Notes under the pieces: generated by a model
Told to the model about the DNA's origin: nothing
Database searches by the model: none
The model's input: only the letters and a program-made list of their open reading frames with translations
Shown here: positions 1 to 7,572 of the stretch, piece after piece
How positions within the stretch are numbered: position 1 is the first letter of the stretch
Layout of the letters: the number at the start of each line of letters is the position of its first letter
Position numbers and translations under genes: made by a program
Assembly (NCBI RefSeq): GCF_016127575.1
Contig: NZ_CP066018.1
Coordinates: forward strand, 3,450,001-3,482,000
Reading direction: 5' to 3'
Length of the DNA stretch: 32,000 bases
Origin: Cupriavidus necator
GTDB taxonomy: Bacteria; Pseudomonadota; Gammaproteobacteria; Burkholderiales; Burkholderiaceae

Positions 1-758
1 AGCAGCTTGAGCACCTGGATCAGGTAATGCCCGGTTTCCATCGCGAGCGCGAAGATATTGCCGTAGGTAGACCGGTCCAGCGCATAGCGCAGGTCGAGCC
101 CGATGCGCTGGATGGTGCCGACGCTGCCGAAGGGACGCTGGTCGATCAGCTGTCCGCCCCGGATGACTTCGCCGATCAGCAGATCGCGGAAGTACTGGCC
201 CATCGCCACCATGAAGCCGACCATCTGGCGATGGAAATTGCGGTTGACCACTGCGCCGGCCGGGGCCTGCGCGGTGCCATAGTTGAAGGCGCGCCGATAG
301 GCCACCATGCGGTCCTGCCGGGTGTAGCGCAGTGGCCGCCATTTTTCGAGCAGATAGAGTCCGCGCGCGCCGGGGCCGCGCTGGATGCGCATCTTCCCCA
401 GGCGGAACAAGCGCAGCAGGGTCTCGACCACCTCAAAGATCTTCATGCGCTCGTGCTGATAGATAAAGTACAGCTCGGCAGCCGCATGCAACTGGCTCGG
501 GATGATTGAATCGTCGAAGTCAGGCTGTACATAGGGATAGCCGATCTTCTCGAAGCCGACTGCCCCCTGAGGACCGAGGCCGAGCAGATCGAAGAAGCCT
601 TCCTCCCCGCTGCCATTGGGTTTGGACAACAGTTCAGAGTAACGCTGCTCGAACTGCGAGGCGAAGGCGTCGCGCTGGTCGGGCGGCAGGCTGGCCAGCT
701 GCTCCTGCAGAAAGGTCTCCCACAGGCGCTGAATGGTTTCGGTGGTCTGGAAGTTCAT
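1..758 (-). CDS. hypothetical protein, first 252 codons only (gene runs off the left edge); last visible gene of the unknown operon
   Basis: Absent from the ORF track because it has no stop inside the window. Reverse-strand ATG at 758-756, GGAG (revcomp of ctcc at 765-768) 6 nt upstream, open to position 1. My translation begins MNFQTTETIQRLWETFLQEQLASLPPDQRDAF and continues ...AELYFIYQHERMKIFEVVETLLRLFRLGKMRIQRGPGARGLYLLEKWRPLRYTRQDRMVAYRRAFNYG... Composition is globular-looking. Start lies 21 nt after the stop of the 692-aa gene. No family recognised. Confidence 0.6.
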   Translation of the reverse strand, partial: MNFQTTETIQRLWETFLQEQLASLPPDQRDAFASQFEQRYSELLSKPNGSGEEGFFDLLGLGPQGAVGFEKIGYPYVQPDFDDSIIPSQLHAAAELYFIYQHERMKIFEVVETLLRLFRLGKMRIQRGPGARGLYLLEKWRPLRYTRQDRMVAYRRAFNYGTAQAPAGAVVNRNFHRQMVGFMVAMGQYFRDLLIGEVIRGGQLIDQRPFGSVGTIQRIGLDLRYALDRSTYGNIFALAMETGHYLIQVLKL

Positions 759-779
759 GATGCGCTCCGTCGTCGGGGG

Positions 780-2858
780 TCAGGCCTTGGCAGGGCCGCC
801 GTCGGGACCCGCAGGGCCCGCTCCGCTACCGTCGGCGCCAGTACCTTCGGTGCCGTCGAAGGCATCAGCCGCACCGGGAGTGAGAGGGGCGGGGGCAGCG
901 GCGGGCGGCACGGCGGACGTGCCCGGCGTAAGGAGTCGCCGGCGATTCCGTTCCCCCAACTCGTGCGCGATACGATCGATCGAGCCGTCCGGATGTGGCG
1001 GAATCTGCGGGGCGTGCTCGCGATAGTCGCGGTTGCGCCGGTGCCACTCGGGCACGCGCTGCTCGATCATCATCAACGCGCCGCGCTGGTATCCCGGCAG
1101 CATTCCGATATTGCCAAAGGTCCCCATATGTGGCGGACTGTGATAGACGGGGGCGAGCGTCGCATCTGCAAGCATATCCGAGGCCGGAATGCAGCCGGAT
1201 GTCATCTGTTCGACGATGGGCCGCAGTGCGCGCTCGGCCTGCAGCTGGAGCACAAGCTCGCCATGCATCAGCCAGGCGAGCGGTGTCGGTCCTGCCGGCC
1301 CCGTCAGATCGAAGTGATCAATGGTGTGCTTGTCCCATACACGCCATTGGGGCGCGGGGATGACCGGATCCTGCGGGGCGGCGAAGCTGACCCCTGCCGG
1401 GATCAGCAGTGCGGCCATTTCCGACAGCATTGCGCCCGTCGGGTTGTCGGGATTGGTGATGTCCTTCATCGGTGCAGCGGCATCGAGCCAGACATCGGGG
1501 TAACGCAGCGCCAGCGCAAAGATGGCGTGGGCGGCGGCACGCTGTTCCGGCATGCCAAACTCTTCGGTGCCGTTGGCGTAGAGATCGATTGCGCGGTCGA
1601 GATCGTGCAGGACACGGTCAAGCAGGACCTGCAGCTTGAGCGTATCGGGGTCGCAGTCGCAACGGGTGACACAGTCGATGGTCGAAGCAAATCTGCCGCG
1701 CAGACTGACCAGATTCATCAGACGCTGCTCGGCAAAGGTGGTGCCGCTCCCTCCGTAAAGGCCATACATCAGTACGCTGGGACGCGCAATGCGCAGGAGG
1801 CGCAGGCCGCCGGAAGCCTGGAAGCCGTCCACGAACAACTGCAAGGCGTCCTGAAACGCCAGCAGCGGTGGCGCGTCGCGGACCGGCAGGTGCAGCGTCA
1901 CCTGCACGAAGCGCGAGAACCGCCCGAGCATGTTCCATGCGGTCGCGCCGACCCGGCGCAGCCCGTCGCTCGAGCCTCCCGCACACAGCTGGATCATTTC
2001 GTCCATCGCACGGGAAAGGTCGGCTTCGTGGAGCAGTGCCCGCAGGTCCGACTGGCCATGCGCTTCGAGACTGGCGTGCAGGCCGCGATAGGCGGCCAGG
2101 CCTCGCGGCATCGTGTTCTGGTCCAGCGATTCCTGGGCCACGCCCGACATATTGCGCAGGCACACCAGCACCTGGTCGCGCCGCGCCTGCAGTTCAGAGT
2201 AGGGCACGCGCAGTAATGTGCGCCCGCCCTGGAAGCCTGTATTGGCGAGCGCCTCGCCCATCAACACCAGAAGCACCGCAGCCACTTCGTCGAGGCTCTG
2301 CCCGAGATTGCGATAGCTTTCGTTCAGCTCGGTGGACAGCGCGCCCACCATCCGCGCCAGCCTGGCATATTCGCCCAGGCGCCGCCGTGCGGCGAAAGCC
2401 CGGTCCCGGCTGTAGGGGTCGAGGGACTGGCGTGCCGCCGCGACGCCATCGTCGATGGTGAGGGACAGGGTCTGATGCCACCCCTCCAGCTCTGGCCGGA
2501 TGTCCTTGGTCAGGTTGCTCGCGATCAGTTGCTGCAGATCCTGCTCCACATCCGCCCGGGCCTGATCCAGATCCAGATTGGTCGCGGTCGCCTCCGGCGC
2601 AGCGATGGCCGAGGGCCGTGGAGCCGCGGTATTCAGGAACGGCAGTCCCTGAGCCTCGCCGCCGATACCCTGCGCGCGCGCGTCGGACTGGTAGCGGTCC
2701 AGCAATGCTCTCGCGATCTGCTGGGCGTCGTTGGGATCTCCGATCTTCAGTTCGCGCCGCAGCAGGGTATCGAAGGCGAGCCGCTGGCTGTTTCCGATGC
2801 TCATGGGTTTGCCGTCGGAGCCGGACGGAACCGGTTGGGGAATCGCGGGATAGGCCAT
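780..2858 (-). CDS. hypothetical protein, 692 aa, no recognised domain; Pro/Ala/Gly-rich C-terminal tail
   Basis: ATG at 2858-2856 with GAGGA a few nt upstream. The track ORF has ordinary protein-like composition, whereas the overlapping plus-strand ORFs (963-2216 etc.) are R/H/Q-rich shadow frames. Same orientation as its neighbours with short gaps (51 nt upstream, 21 nt downstream). Confidence 0.7.
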   Translation of the reverse strand: MAYPAIPQPVPSGSDGKPMSIGNSQRLAFDTLLRRELKIGDPNDAQQIARALLDRYQSDARAQGIGGEAQGLPFLNTAAPRPSAIAAPEATATNLDLDQARADVEQDLQQLIASNLTKDIRPELEGWHQTLSLTIDDGVAAARQSLDPYSRDRAFAARRRLGEYARLARMVGALSTELNESYRNLGQSLDEVAAVLLVLMGEALANTGFQGGRTLLRVPYSELQARRDQVLVCLRNMSGVAQESLDQNTMPRGLAAYRGLHASLEAHGQSDLRALLHEADLSRAMDEMIQLCAGGSSDGLRRVGATAWNMLGRFSRFVQVTLHLPVRDAPPLLAFQDALQLFVDGFQASGGLRLLRIARPSVLMYGLYGGSGTTFAEQRLMNLVSLRGRFASTIDCVTRCDCDPDTLKLQVLLDRVLHDLDRAIDLYANGTEEFGMPEQRAAAHAIFALALRYPDVWLDAAAPMKDITNPDNPTGAMLSEMAALLIPAGVSFAAPQDPVIPAPQWRVWDKHTIDHFDLTGPAGPTPLAWLMHGELVLQLQAERALRPIVEQMTSGCIPASDMLADATLAPVYHSPPHMGTFGNIGMLPGYQRGALMMIEQRVPEWHRRNRDYREHAPQIPPHPDGSIDRIAHELGERNRRRLLTPGTSAVPPAAAPAPLTPGAADAFDGTEGTGADGSGAGPAGPDGGPAKA

Positions 2859-2909
2859 GGTGATCCTCTGTTGCGTTGAACGGCGTGATGCGTGTGTTGT
2901 CGTGCGCGC

Positions 2910-4208
2910 CTACGACACCAGGTGCAATAGCGCAGGCTGCGGCTCGTACGGCGCTGCGCGCGGGCGTCGCGAGGCCATGCGCGCGCTCAGCTGGCCGATC
3001 ACGCAGTGCGCGAGGCGCCTCGGCGGGATGCGCCCGTCCACTATCGCGTAGTGCGCGGCGCTCACGAGGTGGCGGGGAGGCAGTCCGGTTTCACGTTCGG
3101 ACGCAAGCAGCCGCGCGCCTTCGCGAATGGCCGCCTCGTCGTCACGCGAGAAGGGAATGATGTCGGCCAGGGCGCGCTGGGCGAGGTTGCGGCGCGTCTG
3201 GAACGCAATCTCGTCGACGACGTCCGGGACGATGCGCGGCACGCTCAGCATCAGCGCGGCGGGTATGCGGTGCCCGGCGGAGGGCTGGTACAGGTTTTGC
3301 CAAACCCGTAACAACCGTGCGGCGTCGCGCGCGAAGCCGAGCCGGCGTAGCATTTCGGCCAGCAGGTAGACACGCAGGTAGGCGGTGGGATGCGCGCCGC
3401 CGGGCCGGTAGGTCATGGTGCGCGGCTGGGGGTGCGCGAGGAAATCCGCCATGCCCCAGGCCGCCGCCGGGCCACCGAGCAGGATGGCCGCGAGGTCCGC
3501 GAAGATCTCCTTGTGCCAGCGGCCGTAGACGGTGGCGAGGAAGGGATCGCGCGTCTTGCCCATGGTGCGCCTGAGTACGGCCTGGCGGTTTTCCCTCCAG
3601 ATGCCGAGGTCGGCCTGCAGGTTGTGGGCGACTTCATGCAGGAAGACCGATTGCCACGGCTGGTCTCGGTCCCAGGGTATGCGGATCAGCGGAAAGGGAT
3701 TGGCCTCGCCGAGCAGCCGCGACAGCGCCACGCCACGGCGCATCGTCGCGGGAGAATAGCCGTGCTCCATGTAGCAGACCGGCTTGAGCAGCGGGCCATC
3801 GAAGACGCGTGGCGCGGCGCGTCGAACGGCGCGGTAGCAGTCTTCGGCGATGACGTCGTGCGCGGCGAGCGACGGGCCGAAGCTCGTGCCCCGCTGCGCG
3901 AACACTTCGTAGAACATGCCGAACAGCCGCCGCGCGCGGTCAAGTTCGCGCTCGACCAGCGCCACGTCGATCAACACCCGTTGCGCAGGCCTCTGCTGCC
4001 AGTCCGGCAGCATCTGATCGAAGCGCGCGCGGATGCGTTGCTCGGCCTGGGCCAGCCGCGCGTTGGCCGTGTCGAAATGTTGCTGCGAAGGCGCATGGGG
4101 CATGTCTTGCGGGCGCAGTCCGACAAAGGCGTTGTCGACCCGGGCCAGCCGCGACAGGCGCGCGGACAGGCCGCGAATCTTCGCGCTCAGGAATCGCTGC
4201 AGGTTCAT
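2910..4208 (-). CDS. putative zinc metallopeptidase (HExxH motif), 432 aa, family not recognised
   Basis: ATG at 4208-4206, G-rich SD-like stretch upstream. HEVAH (residues 191-195) is encoded by revcomp of 3624-3638 in the context SVFLHEVAHNLQADLG. A possible third-ligand Glu lies in WHKEIFADLAA about 40 residues downstream (gluzincin-like spacing). No signal peptide visible. Confidence 0.7.
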   Translation of the reverse strand: MNLQRFLSAKIRGLSARLSRLARVDNAFVGLRPQDMPHAPSQQHFDTANARLAQAEQRIRARFDQMLPDWQQRPAQRVLIDVALVERELDRARRLFGMFYEVFAQRGTSFGPSLAAHDVIAEDCYRAVRRAAPRVFDGPLLKPVCYMEHGYSPATMRRGVALSRLLGEANPFPLIRIPWDRDQPWQSVFLHEVAHNLQADLGIWRENRQAVLRRTMGKTRDPFLATVYGRWHKEIFADLAAILLGGPAAAWGMADFLAHPQPRTMTYRPGGAHPTAYLRVYLLAEMLRRLGFARDAARLLRVWQNLYQPSAGHRIPAALMLSVPRIVPDVVDEIAFQTRRNLAQRALADIIPFSRDDEAAIREGARLLASERETGLPPRHLVSAAHYAIVDGRIPPRRLAHCVIGQLSARMASRRPRAAPYEPQPALLHLVS

Positions 4209-4246
4209 GGCCGGCCCCCGTTCCGATCGGTGTCACTGGCGACGAT

Positions 4247-5323
4247 TCATGCGCCACGGACGATGATGGTCACCGGCCCACGCACATGCATGCGACGGCC
4301 GCCGCAGTGTGGGCAGCCGACGCCATGGCCGCCATAGTTGCGGGACTGGGCGCGCGGGCCGGTTGCCGCGACACGGCGCGCTAACGGCGCTATCGTGCGC
4401 GCGGCGGCCTGCGCGCCGCGGCCGCGCGGCGTGGCCCGGCGCGCCGCAGGCACCAGCGGCTGCGACAGCTGGCGCGCCGCCTGGGGTCGCCGTGCCACGG
4501 CTTGCGCGGTGCGGGTGGCGGTACGCACAGCGGCGCGCGGCGGCAGCTGGCGCGCCTGCACTGTGCGTTGCGTGGCGCGCACCGCGCGTGCAACCGCGCG
4601 TGCCGCGGGGGCGCCGCTGGTGCGGGTGGCCGTTCGCACCGCCTGGGCCACGCCGCGCACCGCGGCGCGACGCACGGCGGGCGCGGCGCGCGCGACCGAG
4701 GGGAGGGCGCGGCGGAGCACCATGCCGGCCAGCACCGGCGCGGCGGCGTCGATCGCATCCTCGTCGAGTCCATCCACCAGTTCGTCGAAGGTCTCATACT
4801 CGTCGGCGCCGTCGGCGAGCATGCGCCCGGCCACATTGGCGATGCGCCCGATCAACTGCGCTTGTGGAAGAGGAATCATGCTGGCGATCGGTCCCACCAC
4901 ACGCGCGGCCTGCCCAATGCCTTGCCCCACGCGGCGCGCGACATTGACCGCGCCGCTCGCCATGCGCCGCAGGCGGCGGAAGAACTCGTCGGCGTCACCG
5001 GCTTCCATGGCATCGGCCACGGCGTCCTCCATGCCGTCCAGTTCGTCGTAGGCGGCCTCGTATTCGTCGACGGAGTCGATGCCGTCCACGTCCTCGTAGG
5101 TATCGCCCTCGTCCTCGCCTTCGTCATACTGGGTCGCGCCGCCTGCGAGCACGCGGCCGACGAAGTTGTCCTCGCCTTCATCCCATTCGTCGTAGCTGTC
5201 GTTGCCCTCGTCGGATTCGTCGTACCCGTCGTCGTGCATCAGGTCCATCGCGCTGCCTCGAGTGGGGCCCTCGGCGGCTTCATCCATCAGCTCGTCCATT
5301 ACATCGGCCTCGAATCGGTCCAT
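4247..5323 (-). CDS. lysine-free charge-bipolar protein A, 358 aa (acidic N-terminal third, Arg/Ala-rich remainder)
   Basis: ATG at 5323-5321 with AAGGAG 6 nt upstream. By my hand count about 45 D/E in the first ~113 residues, then about 40 Arg and no Lys anywhere. Paralogous to the upstream gene: shared DEFF/DEFL-RRL block, an internal acidic DG(L/I)DE block and a C-terminal GPVT motif. Ends ...CPHCGGRRMHVRGPVTIIVRGA. Confidence 0.65.
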   Translation of the reverse strand: MDRFEADVMDELMDEAAEGPTRGSAMDLMHDDGYDESDEGNDSYDEWDEGEDNFVGRVLAGGATQYDEGEDEGDTYEDVDGIDSVDEYEAAYDELDGMEDAVADAMEAGDADEFFRRLRRMASGAVNVARRVGQGIGQAARVVGPIASMIPLPQAQLIGRIANVAGRMLADGADEYETFDELVDGLDEDAIDAAAPVLAGMVLRRALPSVARAAPAVRRAAVRGVAQAVRTATRTSGAPAARAVARAVRATQRTVQARQLPPRAAVRTATRTAQAVARRPQAARQLSQPLVPAARRATPRGRGAQAAARTIAPLARRVAATGPRAQSRNYGGHGVGCPHCGGRRMHVRGPVTIIVRGA

Positions 5324-5359
5324 GGTGTGCTCCTTGGTGTGCGGCTCAAGTTGATTGGC

Positions 5360-6502
5360 TCAGCGGGGTGCGACCGTCAGCGTCACAGGTCCGCCGAAGT
5401 GGAAGGTCCGGGGTCTTCTCGGCCGGATGGTGCGCACGCCGCGGCCGATGCCTGTGGGGCGGGCCATCGGCCCAGGGGGAGCGGGTTGCGCCAGGCGATC
5501 GAGCATGCGGGGATTGGCGACGACGCGGCGCGCGGCCTGGGGCAGCCCACGGCGCAGCGCCCGCGCGGCCTGGTTCGGCGGTTGCTGGCGTTGGCGTGCG
5601 ACGCGGGTGGCGGCGCGCGCCAGCGGTGCCAGGGCGCGTGTGGCCCCGGGTCCGCCTGCGCGCGCCAGTTCGCGTGCCGCGCTGGCGACGCCGCGCACGA
5701 GTTGCCGCCGGCCCGCGGCCGATAGTTGCGCCACATTTGACAGGCCGAGTCCGCGCGCGGCGGCTCGCGTGGCGAGCGCCACCGCTGCGGGCAGGGCCTC
5801 GTCGATGCCGTCGTTGGCATAGAGATCGATCATCGCGTCCATGCCCTGGCTCGCGCTGGCCTGCGAGGCGAGCAGTTGGCTGATCTGCGCGAGCATGTCC
5901 TGAGTGCCGCCGCCAAGGGTGCCGAGGGCGCCCGCCTGCCGGCGCGCCTGGCGCGCCGCGTGGCTGACGTCCCCGGCAAGGCGGCCAGCGGTTTGCAGGC
6001 CGCGCGCAAGGTTCGGCGCGCCCAGCATGCGCGCAAGGGCGGCCGCCGCGTTGGCGGTGGGGGAAGCAGCCTGCGCCACCCGGCCCACCTGTCCCGCCAC
6101 GCGGCCCGCCCTTCGTGCGACGCCCTGCATGCGTCCGGCCTGGCGGCTTATCACCCCGGCCGCGCGGCCGAGGCCGCCCAGCAGGCGGCCGAGAAATTCG
6201 TCGTCGTCGGCGGCGTCGAGGCCGTCGGCTACTTCTTCCTCGAAGGCGTTCCATACGGCCATCTGGTCGATGTGGTCGCCGATGTCGGTGTCTTGCGCGG
6301 CCGCCATATCGGCCGAATCTGTCTCGTCCGTGAAAGCATCGTCGCCCCCGTCCTCGTCAAACGGGGACGCGGTCCGCGCCAAGCCCGATTGCAGCGCGGC
6401 ATGATCGGCGGCGTCGTCGGCCGTGTCGCCGTAGTCCGTGCTACTGGCGTATTCGTCCAAACTGAGGTCTTCCATCAGGTCATTGTCGAATTGGTCGCTC
6501 AT
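5360..6502 (-). CDS. lysine-free charge-bipolar protein B, 380 aa, paralog of protein A; first gene of the operon
   Basis: ATG at 6502-6500 with GGAGG upstream. About 34 D/E and one Arg in residues 1-102 (hand count), then an Arg/Ala/Gly/Gln-rich region with heptad-like units (ARRAGRV AGQVGRV). No Lys in 380 aa. Ends ...RPRTFHFGGPVTLTVAPR. Confidence 0.65.
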   Translation of the reverse strand: MSDQFDNDLMEDLSLDEYASSTDYGDTADDAADHAALQSGLARTASPFDEDGGDDAFTDETDSADMAAAQDTDIGDHIDQMAVWNAFEEEVADGLDAADDDEFLGRLLGGLGRAAGVISRQAGRMQGVARRAGRVAGQVGRVAQAASPTANAAAALARMLGAPNLARGLQTAGRLAGDVSHAARQARRQAGALGTLGGGTQDMLAQISQLLASQASASQGMDAMIDLYANDGIDEALPAAVALATRAAARGLGLSNVAQLSAAGRRQLVRGVASAARELARAGGPGATRALAPLARAATRVARQRQQPPNQAARALRRGLPQAARRVVANPRMLDRLAQPAPPGPMARPTGIGRGVRTIRPRRPRTFHFGGPVTLTVAPR

Positions 6503-6956
6503 CGCATGCCTCCACGCGGCCGTGTGTCATGCCGCTGTCATGGCCACTCTAGATGCGGCGAGGTGCCCGCCGCATCGCCCGATGCCTCTGGCACGGCGGG
6601 ATTCGCGCGACCGGCCGGGCGCGACAGGACCGGCGCATCGGGGTACGGCACAACGGGCCCGCAAGGCGGGGCGTGCCGCCTTGCCGTAGCCGGAATGGGG
6701 TAGCCTGCTTGCGCTCTCGCTTTTTCCTTGCAAAGTCACCGGCCATATGCCAAAACAAAGAAGTTTCGAGCGGCCTGTGTCAGGGAAAAGTGCAGCGGGG
6801 GCACTGCAGCCTGACTCAGGGGAACGCAGCTTGTCAGCGCGCACGGATACGAATGCGGACTCGAAGCCGGCAGTTGAGCTGTGCCGTCATGCGGGCATCC
6901 GGCGTGCCGTTCGCTCGTCGTCGTGTTGCCAGGCGGAACGACAAGAAGGAAAAACC
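6503..6956. promoter_or_regulatory. 454-bp divergent intergenic control region between the unknown operon and the LuxR-type gene
   Basis: No convincing ORF. Contains the only AT-richer patches in this part of the window (about 6715-6765). Both flanking genes start here and point outward. Promoters are not mapped; this is positional inference only. Confidence 0.4.
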
Positions 6957-7493
6957 ATGCTTCACAGATTCCGCCGGGGGGCGCTGCTGGCACCGTACAG
7001 CGCATTAGGGGATTCGCCCACGGCCGGGTACGGGGCGGCGGCAATCCGGTCGGGCAGTTGGGGGAGAGAGGTCTGCGAGGTCGAACTGGGCGGCCGGCGA
7101 TGTCGGTTGCTGCAGGTAGGCGGCCTGCGTGCGCCACGCGGGGGGGCGTACGGGGAAGGCGAGATTACCCAGTTCGAGTTCGAGGGGAACTATTACGCCC
7201 TGATCGCTGATCCGGTGGCCGTGCCGGCGGCCGCGCCGCTGCCGGCCGGCGAGCCGCGTCCCGCCGTCCCCGATGTGCGAAGCGTGTTGACCGTGCGCGA
7301 ACTGCAGATCGTGCAACTCGTCTGCATGGGCTATTTGACTAAGCAGATCGCGGGCCGGCTTCATATCAGCGAATTTACCGTCCGCTCGTATCTCAAGACG
7401 ATCTACTGCAAACTCGGTGTCCGATCGCGCGCGGCGATGGTGTTCTGCTATATGCAGGCATGCGCTGGAGGCGCGGACGGCGCCCAAACCTGA
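6957..7493 (+). CDS. LuxR/GerE-family helix-turn-helix transcriptional regulator, 178 aa, with unrecognised N-terminal domain
   Basis: C-terminus LTVRELQIVQLVCMGYLTKQIAGRLHISEFTVRSYLKTIYCKLGVRSRAAMV is a classic GerE/LuxR HTH. I chose the ATG at 6957 (AGGA about 8 nt upstream) rather than the track start at 6747, whose extra 70 residues look like non-coding read-through. Confidence 0.8.
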   Translation: MLHRFRRGALLAPYSALGDSPTAGYGAAAIRSGSWGREVCEVELGGRRCRLLQVGGLRAPRGGAYGEGEITQFEFEGNYYALIADPVAVPAAAPLPAGEPRPAVPDVRSVLTVRELQIVQLVCMGYLTKQIAGRLHISEFTVRSYLKTIYCKLGVRSRAAMVFCYMQACAGGADGAQT

Positions 7494-7572
7494 CAGCGGT
7501 CCGGTATCGGCTAACCGGAAGGAACGACACGATTTTTCAGGCAGACATCGACGGGTGCACGAAAGACTGCAT

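Noticed and set aside
963-2216. 417-aa plus-strand ORF, and many other 60-400-aa ORFs in all frames across 1-6500 (e.g. 3390-4337, 4502-5725, 5346-6254)
   Set aside because: They overlap the minus-strand operon genes, are Arg/Pro/Gly/His-rich and lack SDs. The chosen minus-strand frames have SDs, regular spacing and internal paralogy. Coding-frame choice for 4247-6502 still rests on these arguments only.
6729-6745. Sigma54-like element on the minus strand (TGGCCGGTGACTTTGCA) upstream of the unknown operon
   Set aside because: The GG-to-GC spacing is one nucleotide longer than the strict -24/-12 consensus, the -24 half is a poor match beyond GG, and no enhancer-binding-protein gene is nearby.
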